A DNA stretch of 64,000 nucleotides from Eledone cirrhosa (lineage: Eukaryota): assembly GCA_964016885.1 (NCBI GenBank), contig OZ024741.1, positions 115,506,001 through 115,570,000 of the forward strand. The letters are read 5' to 3'. The notes under the pieces were generated by a model that was not told the origin of the DNA, did no database searches, and saw only the letters and a program-made list of their open reading frames with translations. The position numbers and the translations under genes were made by a program. Of this stretch, positions 30,001 through 44,050 are shown in pieces. The number at the start of each line of letters is the position of its first letter. Within the stretch, counting starts at the first letter, position 1.

Positions 30001-33000
30001 GATATATCTCTGATTGAAAGATGTTCTTGATCTGGAGGTTACATTTGTCATAGAATATAGATATAACTCTAATAGAAAGATGTTCTTGAGGTGGGGGTTA
30101 CATTTGTCATAGAATATAGATATAACCCTGATTGAAAGATGTTCTGGAGGTGGGGTTACATTTGTCATAGAATATAGATATAACTCAGAATACAAGTTTA
30201 TCTTGAGGTAGGGGTTACATTTGTTATAGAATATAGATAGAACCCTGATTGAAAGATGTTCTTGATGTGGGGGTTACATTTGTCATAGAATATAGATATA
30301 ACTCTGATAGAAAGATGTTCTTGAGGTGGGGGTTACATTTGTCATAGAATATAGATATAACTCAGAATACAAGATTATCTTGTGGTAGGGGTTACATTTG
30401 TCATAGAATATAGATATATCTCTGATTGAAAGATGTTCTTGATCTGGAGGTTACATTTGTCATAGAATATAGATATAACTCTGATAGAAAGATGTTCTTG
30501 AGGTGGGGGTTACATTTGTCATAGAATATAGATATAACCCTGATTGAAAGATGTTCTGGAGGTGGGGTTACCTTTGTCATAGAATATAGATATAACTCAG
30601 AATACAAGATTATCTTGAGGTAGGGGTTACATTTGTTATAGAATATAGATATAACCCTGATTGAAAGATGTTCTTGAGGTGGGGGTTACATTTGTCATAG
30701 AATATAGATATAACTCTGATTGAAAGATTATCTTGAAGTAGGGGTTACATTTGTCATAGGATATAGATATAACTCTGATTGAAAGATGTTCTTGAGATGG
30801 GGGTTACATTTGTCATAGAATATAGATATAACTCTGATTGAAAGATGTTCTTGAGGTGGGGGTTATATTTGTCATAGAATATAGATATAACTCTGATTGA
30901 AAGATGTTCTTGAGATGGGGGTTACATTTGTCATAGAATATAGATATATCTCTGATTGAAAGATGTTCTTGATCTGGAGGTTACATTTGTCATAGAATAT
31001 AGATATAACTCTAATAGAAAGATGTTCTTGAGGTGGGGGTTACATTTGTCATAGAATATAGATATAACTCTGATTGAAAGATGTTCTTGAAATGGGGGTT
31101 ACATTTGTCATAGAATATAGATATATCTCAGATTGAAAGATGTTCTTGATCTGGAGGTTACATTTGTCATAGAATATAGATATAACTCTGATAGAAAGAT
31201 GTTCCTGAGGTGGGGGTTACATTTGTCATAGAATATAGATATAACCCTGATTGAAAGATGTTCTGGAGGTGGGGTTACATTTGTCATAGAATATAGATAT
31301 AACTCAGAATACAAGATTATCTTGAGGTAGGGGTTACATTTGTTATAGAATATAGATATAACCCTGATTGAAAGATGTTCTTGAGTTGGGGGTTACATTT
31401 GTCATAGAATATAGATATAACTCTGATAGAAAGATGTTCTTGAGGTGGGGGTTACATTTGTCATAGAATATAGATATAACTCTGATTGGAAGATGTTCTT
31501 GAGGTGGAGGTTACATTTGTCATAGAATATAGATATAAATCTGATTGAAAGATGTTCTTGAGGTGGGGGTTACATTTGTCATAGAATATAGATATAACTC
31601 TGATTGAAAGATGTTCTTGAGTTGGGGGTTACATTTGTCATAGAATATAGATATAACTCTCATTGAAAGATGTTCTTGAGGTGGGGGTTACATTTGTCAT
31701 AGAATATAGATATAACTCTGATAGAAAGATGTTCTTGAGGTGGGGGTTACATTTGTCATAGAATATAGATATAACCCTGATTGAAAGATGTTCTGGAGGT
31801 GGGGTTACATTTGTCATAGAATATAGATATAACTCAGAATACAAGATTATCTTGAGGTAGGGGTTACATTTGTTATAGAATATAGATATAACCCTGATTG
31901 AAAGATGTTCTTGAGGTGGGGGTTACATTTGTCATAGAATATAGATATAACTCTGATAGAAAGATGTTCTTGAGGTGGGGGTTACATTTGTCATAGAATA
32001 TAGATATAAATCTGATCGAAAGAAATACTTGAGGTGGGGGTTACATTTGTCATAGAATAGAGATATAACACTGATTGAAAGATGATCTGGAGGTAGGGTT
32101 ACATTTGTCATAGAATATAGATGTAACTCTGATTGAAAGATGTTCTTGAGGTGGAGGTTACATTTGTCATAGAATATAGATATAACCCAGAATGAAAGAT
32201 GTTCTTGAGGTGGGGGTTACATTTGTCATAGAATATAGATACAACTCTGATTGAAAGATGTTCTTGAGGTGGGGGTTACATTTGTCATAGAATATAGATA
32301 TAACCCAGAATGAAAGATGTACATGAGGTGGGGGTTACATTTGTCATAGAATATAGATATAACTCTGACTGAAAGATATTATTGAGGTAGGGGTTACAAT
32401 TGTCATAGAATATAGATATAACTCTGATCGAAAGAAATACTTGAGGAGGGGGTTACATTTGTCATAGAATAGAGATATAACACTGATTGAAAGATGATCT
32501 GGAGGTAGGGTTACATTTGTCATAGAATATAGATATAACTCTGTTTGAAAGATGTTCTTGAGATGGGGGTTACATATGTCTTAGAATATAGATATAACTC
32601 AGATTGAAAGATGTTCTTGAGGTGGGGTTACATTTGTCATAGAATATAGATATAACTCTGATTGAAAGATGTTCTTGAGGTGGGGGTTACATTTGTCATA
32701 GTATATAGATATAACACTGATTGAAAGATTTTGTTGAGGTAGGGGTTACATTTGTCATAGAATATAGATATAACTATGATTGAAAGATTTTCTTGAGGTA
32801 GGGGTTACATTTGTCATAGAATATAGATATAACGCTGATTGAAAGATGTTCTTGAAGTAGGGGTTACATTTGTCATAGAATATAGATATAACTCTGAATG
32901 CAAGATATTCTTAGGTAGGGGTTACATTTGTCATAGAATATAGATATAACACTGATTGAAAGATTTTGTTGAGGTAGGGCTTACATTTTTCATAGAATAT

Positions 33001-36000
33001 AGATATAACTATGATTGAAAGATATTCTTGAGGTAGGGGTTACATTTGTCATAGAATATAGATATAACGCTGATTGAAAGATTATCCTGAAGTAGGGGTT
33101 ACATTCGTCATAGGATATAGATATAACTCTGATTGAAAGATGTTCTTGAGATGGGGGTTACATTTGTCATAGAATATAGATATAACTCTGATTGAAAGAT
33201 GTTCTTGAGGTGGGGGTTATATTTGTCATAGAATATAGATATAACTCTGATTGAAAGATGTTCTTGAGATGGGGGTTACATTTGTCATAGAATATAGATA
33301 TATCTCTGATTGAAAGATGTTCTTGATCTGGAGGTTACATTTGTCATAGAATATAGATATAACTCTGATAGAAAGATGTTCTTGAGGTGGGGGTTACATT
33401 TGTCATAGAATATAGATATAACTCTGATTGAAAGATGTTCTTGAGGTGGAGGTTACATTTGTCATAGAATATAGATATAACTCTGATTGAAAGATATTCT
33501 AGATGTAAGGGTTACATTTGTCATAGAATATAGATATAACTCTGATTGAAAGATTTTGTTGAGGTGGGGGTTACATTTGTCATAGAATATAGATATGTCT
33601 CTGATTGAAAGATGTACTTGAAGGAGGGGTTACATTTGTCATAGAATATAGACATAACCCTGATGGAAAGATGTTCTTGAAGTAGGGGTTACATTTGTCA
33701 TAGAATATAGATATAACTCTGAATGCAAGATATTCTTAGGTAGGGGTTACATTTGTCATAGAATATAGATATAACACTGATTGAAAGATTTTGTTGAGGT
33801 AGGGGTTACATTTTTCATAGAATATAGATATAACTATGATTGAAAGATATTCTTGAGGTAGAGGTTACATTTGTCATAGAATATAGATGTAACGTTGATT
33901 GAAAGATTATCTTGAAGTAGGGGTTACATTTGTCATAGGATATAGATATAACTCTGATTGAAAGATGTTCTTGAGATGGGGGTTACATTTGTCATAGAAT
34001 ATAGATATAACTCTGATTGAAAGATGTTCTTGAGGTGGGGGTTATATTTGTCATAGAATATAGATATAACTCTGATTGAAAGATGTTCTTGAGATGGGGG
34101 TTACATTTGTCATAGAATATAGATATATCTCTGATTGAAAGATGTTCTTGATCTGGAGGTTACATTTGTCATAGAATATAGATATAACTCTGATAAAAAG
34201 ATGTTCTTGAGGTGGGGGTTACATTTGTCATAGAATATAGATATAACTCTGATTGAAAGATGTTCTTGAGATGGGGGTTACATTTGTCATAGAATATAGA
34301 TATATCTCTGATTGAAAGATGTTCTTGATCTGGAGGTTACATTTGTCATAGAATATAGATATAACTCTGATAGAAAGATGTTCTTGAGGTGGGGGTTACA
34401 TTTGTCATAGAATATAGATATAACCCTGATTGAAAGATGTTCTGGAGGTGGGGTTACATTTGTCATAGAATATAGATATAACTCAGAATACAAGATTATC
34501 TTGAGGTAGGGGTTACATTTGTTATAGAATATAGATATAACCCTGATTGAAAGATGTTCTTGAGGTGGGGGTTACATTTGTCATAGAATATAGATATAAC
34601 TCTGATAGAAAGATGTTCTTGAGGTGGGGGTTACATTTGTCATAGAATATAGATATAACTCTGATTGGAAGATGTTCTTGAGGTGGAGGTTACATTTGTC
34701 ATAGAATATAGATATAACTCTGATTGAAAGATGTTCTTGAAATGGGGGTTACATTTGTCATAGAATATAGATATAACTCTGATTGAAAGATGTTCTTGAG
34801 GTGGGGGTTACATTTGTCATAGAATATAGTTATAACTCTGATTGAAAGATGTTCTTGAGGTGGAGGTTACATTTGTCATAGAATATAGATATAACCCAGA
34901 ATGAAAGATGTTCTTGAGGTGGGGGTTACATTTGTCATAGAATATAGATATAACTCTGACTGAAAGATTTTATTGAGGTAGGGCTTACAATTGTCATAGA
35001 ATATAGATATAACTCTGATCGAAAGAAATACTTGAGGTGGGGGTTACATTTGTCATAGAATAGAGATATAACACTGATTGAAAGATGATCTGGAGGTAGG
35101 GTTACATTTGTCATAGAATATAGATATAACTCTGTTTGAAAGATGTTCTTGAGATGGGGGTTACATATGTCATAGAATATAGATATAACTCAGATTGAAA
35201 GATGTTCTTGAGGTGGGGTTACATTTGTCATAGAATATAGATATAACTCTGATTGAAAGATGTTGTTGAGGTGGGGGTTACATTTGTCATAGAATATAGA
35301 TATAACACTGATTGAAAGATTTTGTTGAGGTAGGGGTTACATTTGTCATAGAATATAGATATAACTATGATTGAAAGATGTTCTTGAGGTAGGGGTTACA
35401 TTTGTCATAGAATATAGATATAACGCTGATTGAAAGATGTTCTTGAAGTAGGGGTTACATTTGTCATAGAATATAGATATAACTCTGAATGCAAGATATT
35501 CTTAGGTAGGGGTTACATTTGTCATAGAATATAGATATAACTCTGATTGAAAGATGTTGTTGAGGTGGGGGTTACATTTGTCATAGAATATAGATATAAC
35601 ACTGATTGAAAGATTTTGTTGAGGTAGGGGTTACATTTTTCATAGAATATAGATATAACTATGATTGAAAGATATTCTTGAGGTAGAGGTTACATTTGTC
35701 ATAGAATATAGATATAACGCTGATTGAAAGATTATCTTGAAGTAGGGGTTACATTTGTCATAGAATATAGATATATCTCTGATTGAAAGATGTTCTTGAT
35801 CTGGAGGTTACATTTGTCATAGAATATAGATATAACTCTGATAGAAAGATGTTCTTGAGGTGGGGGTTACATTTGTCATAGAATATAGATATAACTCTGA
35901 TTGAAAGATGTTCTTGAAATGGGGGTTACATTTGTCATAGAATATAGATATATCTCTGATTGAAAGATGTTCTTGATCTGGAGGTTACATTTGTCATAGA

Positions 36001-39000
36001 ATATAGATATAACTCTAATAGAAAGATGTTCTTGAGGTGGGGGTTACATTTGTCATAGAATATAGATATAACCCTGATTGAAAGATGTTCTGGAGGTGGG
36101 GTTACATTTGTCATAGAATATAGATATAACTCAGAATACAAGATTATCTTGAGGTAGGGGTTACATTTGTTATAGAATATAGATATAACCCTGATTGAAA
36201 GATGTTCTTGAGGTGGGGGTTACATTTGTCATAGAATATAGATATAACTCTGATAGAAAGATGTTCTTGAGGTGGGGGTTACATTTGTCATAGAATATAG
36301 ATATAACTCAGAATACAAGATTATCTTGAGGTGGGGGTTATATTTGTCATAGAATATAGATATAACTCTGATTGAAAGATGTTCTTGAGATGGGGGTTAC
36401 ATTTGTCATAGAATATAGATATATCTCTGATTGAAAGATGTTCTTGATCTGGAGGTTACATTTGTCATAGAATATAGATATAACTCTGATAAAAAGATGT
36501 TCTTGAGGTGGGGGTTACATTTGTCATAGAATATAGATATAACTCTGATTGAAAGATGTTCTTGAGATGGGGGTTACATTTGTCATAGAATATAGATATA
36601 TCTCTGATTGAAAGATGTTCTTGATCTGGAGGTTACATTTGTCATAGAATATAGATATAACTCTGATAGAAAGATGTTCTTGAGGTGGGGGTTACATTTG
36701 TCATAGAATATAGATATAACCCTGATTGAAAGATGTTCTGGAGGTGGGGTTACATTTGTCATAGAATATAGATATAACTCAGAATACAAGATTATCTTGA
36801 GGTAGGGGTTACATTTGTTATAGAATATAGATATAACCCTGATTGAAAGATGTTCTTGAGGTGGGGGTTACATTTGTCATAGAATATAGATATAACTCTG
36901 ATAGAAAGATGTTCTTGAGGTGGGGGTTACATTTGTCATAGAATATAGATATAACTCTGATTGGAAGATGTTCTTGAGGTGGAGGTTACATTTGTCATAG
37001 AATATAGATATAACTCTGATTGAAAGATGTTCTTGAGATGGGGGTTACATTTGTCATAGAATATAGATATAACTCTGATTGAAAGATGTTCTTGAGGTGG
37101 GGGTTACATTTGTCATAGAATATAGTTATAACTCTGATTGAAAGATGTTCTTGAGGTGGAGGTTACATTTGTCATAGAATATAGATATAACCCAGAATGA
37201 AAGATGTTCTTGAGGTGGGGGTTACATTTGTCATAGAATATAGATATAACTCTGACTGAAAGATTTTATTGAGGTAGGGCTTACAATTGTCATAGAATAT
37301 AGATATAACTCTGATCGAAAGAAATACTTGAGGTGGGGGTTACATTTGTCATAGAATAGAGATATAACACTGATTGAAAGATGATCTGGAGGTAGGGTTA
37401 CATTTGTCATAGAATATAGATATAACTCTGTTTGAAAGATGTTCTTGAGATGGGGGTTACATATGTCATAGAATATAGATATAACTCAGATTGAAAGATG
37501 TTCTTGAGGTGGGGTTACATTTGTCATAGAATATAGATATAACTCTGATTGAAAGATGTTGTTGAGGTGGGGGTTACATTTGTCATAGAATATAGATATA
37601 ACACTGATTGAAAGATTTTGTTGAGGTAGGGGTTACATTTGTCATAGAATATAGATATAACTATGATTGAAAGATGTTCTTGAGGTAGGGGTTACATTTG
37701 TCATAGAATATAGATATAACGCTGATTGAAAGATGTTCTTGAAGTAGGGGTTACATTTGTCATAGAATATAGATATAACTCTGAATGCAAGATATTCTTA
37801 GGTAGGGGTTACATTTGTCATAGAATATAGATATAACTCTGATTGAAAGATGTTGTTGAGGTGGGGGTTACATTTGTCATAGAATATAGATATAACACTG
37901 ATTGAAAGATTTTGTTGAGGTAGGGGTTACATTTTTCATAGAATATAGATATAACTATGATTGAAAGATATTCTTGAGGTAGAGGTTACATTTGTCATAG
38001 AATATAGATATAACGCTGATTGAAAGATTATCTTGAAGTAGGGGTTACATTTGTCATAGAATATAGATATATCTCTGATTGAAAGATGTTCTTGATCTGG
38101 AGGTTACATTTGTCATAGAATATAGATATAACTCTGATAGAAAGATGTTCTTGAGGTGGGGGTTACATTTGTCATAGAATATAGATATAACTCTGATTGA
38201 AAGATGTTCTTGAAATGGGGGTTACATTTGTCATAGAATATAGATATATCTCTGATTGAAAGATGTTCTTGATCTGGAGGTTACATTTGTCATAGAATAT
38301 AGATATAACTCTAATAGAAAGATGTTCTTGAGGTGGGGGTTACATTTGTCATAGAATATAGATATAACCCTGATTGAAAGATGTTCTGGAGGTGGGGTTA
38401 CATTTGTCATAGAATATAGATATAACTCAGAATACAAGATTATCTTGAGGTAGGGGTTACATTTGTTATAGAATATAGATATAACCCTGATTGAAAGATG
38501 TTCTTGAGGTGGGGGTTACATTTGTCATAGAATATAGATATAACTCTGATAGAAAGATGTTCTTGAGGTGGGGGTTACATTTGTCATAGAATATAGATAT
38601 AACTCAGAATACAAGATTATCTTGAGGTAGGGGTTACATTTGTCATAGAATATAGATATATCTCTGATTGAAAGATGTTCTTGATCTGGAGCTTACATTT
38701 GTCATAGAATATAGATATAACTCTGATAGAAAGATGTTCTTGAGGTGGGGGTTACATTTGTCATAGAATATAGATATAACCCTGATTGAAAGATGTTCTG
38801 GAGGTGGGGTTACCTTTGTCATAGAATATAGATATACCTCAGAATACAAGATTATCTTGAGGTAGGGGTTACATTTGTTATAGAATATAGATATAACCCT
38901 GATTGAAAGATGTTCTTGAGGTGGGCGTTACATTTGTCATAGAATATAGATATAACTCTGATTGAAAGATTATCTTGAAGTAGGGGTTACATTTGTCATA

Positions 39001-41650
39001 GGATATAGATATAACTCTGATTGAAAGATGTTCTTGAGATGGGGGTTACATTTGTCATAGAATATAGATATAACTCTGATTGAAAGATGTTCTTGAGGTG
39101 GGGGTTATATTTGTCATAGAATATAGATATAACTCTGATTGAAAGATGTTCTTGAGATGGGGGTTACATTTGTCATAGAATATAGATATATCTCTGATTG
39201 AAAGATGTTCTTGATCTGGAGGTTACATTTGTCATAGAATATAGATATAACTCTAATAGAAAGATGTTCTTGAGGTGGGGGTTACATTTGTCATAGAATA
39301 TAGATATAACTCTGATTGAAAGATGTTCTTGAAATGGGGGTTACATTTGTCATAGAATATAGATATATCTCAGATTGAAAGATGTTCTTGATCTGGAGGT
39401 TACATTTGTCATAGAATATAGATATAACTCTGATAGAAAGATGTTCCTGAGGTGGGGGTTACATTTGTCATAGAATATAGATATAACCCTGATTGAAAGA
39501 TGTTCTGGAGGTGGGGTTACATTTGTCATAGAATATAGATATAACTCAGAATACAAGATTATCTTGAGGTAGGGGTTACATTTGTTATAGAATATAGATA
39601 TAACCCTGATTGAAAGATGTTCTTGAGTTGGGGGTTACATTTGTCATAGAATATAGATATAACTCTGATAGAAAGATGTTCTTGAGGTGGGGGTTACATT
39701 TGTCATAGAATATAGATATAACTCTGATTGGAAGATGTTCTTGAGGTGGAGGTTACATTTGTCATAGAATATAGATATAAATCTGATTGAAAGATGTTCT
39801 TGAGGTGGGGGTTACATTTGTCATAGAATATAGATATAACTCTGATTGAAAGATGTTCTTGAGGTGGGGGTTACATTTGTCATAGAATATAGATATAACT
39901 CTCATTGAAAGATGTTCTTGAGGTGGGGGTTACATTTGTCATAGAATATAGATATAACTCTGATAGAAAGATGTTCTTGAGGTGGGGGTTACATTTGTCA
40001 TAGAATATAGATATAACCCTGATTGAAAGATGTTCTGGAGGTGGGGTTACATTTGTCATAGAATATAGATATAACTCAGAATACAAGATTATCTTGAGGT
40101 AGGGGTTACATTTGTTATAGAATATAGATATAACCCTGATTGAAAGATGTTCTTGAGGTGGGGGTTACATTTGTCATAGAATATAGATATAACTCTGATA
40201 GAAAGATGTTCTTGAGGTGGGGGTTACATTTGTCATAGAATATAGATATAAATCTGATCGAAAGAAATACTTGAGGTGGGGGTTACATTTGTCATAGAAT
40301 AGAGATATAACACTGATTGAAAGATGATCTGGAGGTAGGGTTACATTTGTCATAGAATATAGATGTAACTCTGATTGAAAGATGTTCTTGAGGTGGAGGT
40401 TACATTTGTCATAGAATATAGATATAACCCAGAATGAAAGATGTTCTTGAGGTGGGGGTTACATTTGTCATAGAATATAGATACAACTCTGATTGAAAGA
40501 TGTTCTTGAGGTGGGGGTTACATTTGTCATAGAATATAGATATAACCCAGAATGAAAGATGTACATGAGGTGGGGGTTACATTTGTCATAGAATATAGAT
40601 ATAACTCTGACTGAAAGATATTATTGAGGTAGGGGTTACAATTGTCATAGAATATAGATATAACTCTGATCGAAAGAAATACTTGAGGAGGGGGTTACAT
40701 TTGTCATAGAATAGAGATATAACACTGATTGAAAGATGATCTGGAGGTAGGGTTACATTTGTCATAGAATATAGATATAACTCTGTTTGAAAGATGTTCT
40801 TGAGATGGGGGTTACATATGTCTTAGAATATAGATATAACTCAGATTGAAAGATGTTCTTGAGGTGGGGTTACATTTGTCATAGAATATAGATATAACTC
40901 TGATTGAAAGATGTTCTTGAGGTGGGGGTTACATTTGTCATAGAATATAGATATAACACTGATTGAAAGATTTTGTTGAGGTAGGGGTTACATTTGTCAT
41001 AGAATATAGATATAACTATGATTGAAAGATTTTCTTGAGGTAGGGGTTACATTTGTCATAGAATATAGATATAACGCTGATTGAAAGATGTTCTTGAAGT
41101 AGGGGTTACATTTGTCATAGAATATAGATATAACTCTGAATGCAAGATATTCTTAGGTAGGGGTTACATTTGTCATAGAATATAGATATAACACTGATTG
41201 AAAGATTTTGTTGAGGTAGGGGTTACATTTTTCATAGAATATAGATATAACTATGATTGAAAGATATTCTTGAGGTAGGGGTTACATTTGTCATAGAATA
41301 TAGATATAACGCTGATTGAAAGATTATCCTGAAGTAGGGGTTACATTCGTCATAGGATATAGATATAACTCTGATTGAAAGATGTTCTTGAGATGGGGGT
41401 TACATTTGTCATAGAATATAGATATAACTCTGATTGAAAGATGTTCTTGAGGTGGGGGTTATATTTGTCATAGAATATAGATATAACTCTGATTGAAAGA
41501 TGTTCTTGAGATGGGGGTTACATTTGTCATAGAATATAGATATATCTCTGATTGAAAGATGTTCTTGATCTGGAGGTTACATTTGTCATAGAATATAGAT
41601 ATAACTCTGATAGAAAGATGTTCTTGAGGTGGGGGTTACATTTGTCATAG
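25200..41650. repeat. Large, internally rearranged tandem duplication of ~8.24 kb (~140 monomers)
   Basis: Offset 8246 for TTCTAGATG 25251/33497 and ORFs 26041/34287. Offset 8242 for ORFs 31108/39350 and 31638/39880, GTACATG 32319/40561 and ACATTCG 33101/41343. Confidence 0.8.
34030..38610. repeat. Tandem duplication of a 2296-bp (39-monomer) block
   Basis: TGATAAAAAG 34191/36487, ORFs 34287/36583 and 35935/38231, and GATCG 35017/37313 all recur at offset 2296. Confidence 0.85.
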
Positions 41651-44050
41651 AATATAGATATAACTCTGATTGAAAGATGTTCTTGAGATGGGGGTTACAT
41701 TTGTCATAGAATATAGATATATCTCTGATTGAAAGATGTTCTTGATCTGGAGGTTACATTTGTCATAGAATATAGATATAACTCTGATAGAAAGATGTTC
41801 TTGAGGTGGGGGTCACATTTGTCATAGAATATAGATATAACCCTGATTGAAAGATGTTCTGGAGGTGGGGTTACATTTGTCATAGAATATAGATATAACT
41901 CAGAATACAAGATTATCTTGAGGTAGGGGTTACATTTGTTATAGAATATAGATATAACCCTGATTGAAAGATGTTCTTGAGGTGGGGGTTACATTTGTAA
42001 TAGAATATAGATATAACTCTGATAGAAAGATGTTCTTGAGGTGGGGGTTACATTTGTCATAGAATATAGATATAACTCTGATTGGAAGATATTATTGAGG
42101 TAGGGGTTACAATTGTCATAGAATATAGATATGACTCTGATCGAAAGAAATACTTGAGGAGGGGGTTACATTTGTCATAGAATAGAGATATAACACTGAT
42201 TGAAAGATGATCTGGAGGTAGGGTTACATTTGTCATAGAATATAGATATAACTCTGATTGAAAGATGTTCTTGAGGTGGAGGTTACATTTGTCATAGAAT
42301 ATAGATATAACTCTGTTTGAAAGATGTTCTTGAGATGGGGGTTACATATGTCATAGAATATAGATATAACTCAGATTGAAAGATGTTCTTGAGGTGGGGG
42401 TTACATTTGTCATAGAATATAGATATAACCCAGAATGAAAGATGTACATGAGGTGGGGGTTACATTTGTCATAGAATATAGATATAACTCTGACTGAAAG
42501 ATATTATTGAGGTAGGGGTTACAATTGTCATAGAATATAGATATAACTCTGATCGAAAGAAATACTTGAGGAGGGGGTTACATTTGTCATAGAATAGAGA
42601 TATAACACTGATTGAAAGATGATCTGGAGGTAGGGTTACATTTGTCATAGAATATAGATATAACTCTGTTTGAAAGATGTTCTTGAGATGGGGGTTACAT
42701 ATGTCTTAGAATATAGATATAACTCAGATTGAAAGATGTTCTTGAGGTGGGGTTACATTTGTCATAGAATATAGATATAACTCTGATTGAAAGATGTTCT
42801 TGAGGTGGGGGTTACATTTGTCATAGAATATAGATATAACACTGATTGAAAGATTTTGTTGAGGTAGGGGTTACATTTGTCATAGAATATAGATATAACT
42901 ATGATTGAAAGATTTTCTTGAGGTAGGGGTTACATTTGTCATAGAATATAGATATAACGCTGATTGAAAGATGTTCTTGAAGCAGGGGTTACATTTGTCA
43001 TAGAATATAGATATAACTCTGAATGCAAGATATTCTTAGGTAGGGGTTACATTTGTCATAGAATATAGATATAACACTGATTGAAAGATTTTGTTGAGGT
43101 AGGGGTTACATTTTTCATAGAATATAGATATAACTATGATTGAAAGATATTCTTGAGGTAGGGGTTACATTTGTCATAGAATATAGATATAACGCTGATT
43201 GAAAGATTATCCTGAAGTAGGGGTTACATTCGTCATAGGATATAGATATAACTCTGATTGAAAGATGTTCTTGAGATGGGGGTTACATTTGTCATAGAAT
43301 ATAGATATAACTCTGATTGAAAGATGTTCTTGAGGTGGGGGTTATATTTGTCATAGAATATAGATATAACTCTGATTGAAAGATGTTCTTGAGATGGGGG
43401 TTACATTTGTCATAGAATATAGATATATCTCTGATTGAAAGATGTTCTTGATCTGGAGGTTACATTTGTCATAGAATATAGATATAACTCTGATAGAAAG
43501 ATGTTCTTGAGGTGGGGGTTACATTTGTCATAGAATATAGATATAACTCTGATTGAAAGATGTTCTTGAGATGGGGGTTACATTTGTCATAGAATATAGA
43601 TATATCTCTGATTGAAAGATGTTCTTGATCTGGAGGTTACATTTGTCATAGAATATAGATATAACTCTGATAGAAAGATGTTCTTGAGGTGGGGGTCACA
43701 TTTGTCATAGAATATAGATATAACTCAGAATACAAGATTATCTTGAGGTAGGGGTTACATTTGTTATAGAATATAGATATAACCCTGATTGAAAGATGTT
43801 CTTGAGGTGGGGGTTACATTTGTAATAGAATATAGATATAACTCTGATAGAAAGATGTTCTTGAGGTGGGGGTTACATTTGTCATAGAATATAGATATAA
43901 CTCTGATTGGAAGATATTATTGAGGTAGGGGTTACAATTGTCATAGAATATAGATATAACTCTGATCGAAAGAAATACTTGAGGAGGGGGTTACATTTGT
44001 CATAGAATAGAGATATAACACTGATTGAAAGATGATCTGGAGGTAGGGTT
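40530..44050. repeat. Tandem duplication with ~1883-bp (32-monomer) offset
   Basis: GTACATG 40561/42444, followed in both copies by GAGGAGGGG, ATGTCTTAG, ACATTCGTC, GGTCAC and TTGGAAGATATTATT in the same order. The second copy lacks one monomer near its end. Confidence 0.75.

Larger units (their letters stand above)
21900..41800. repeat. Satellite variant domain B
   Basis: First appearance of TTCTAGATGTAAGGG (~22192), TTGATCTGGAGG (~22845), CAGAATACAAG (~23180), GATGATCTGGAGG (~23840), GATTGGAAG and TAGGGCTTACAATT. Confidence 0.75.
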
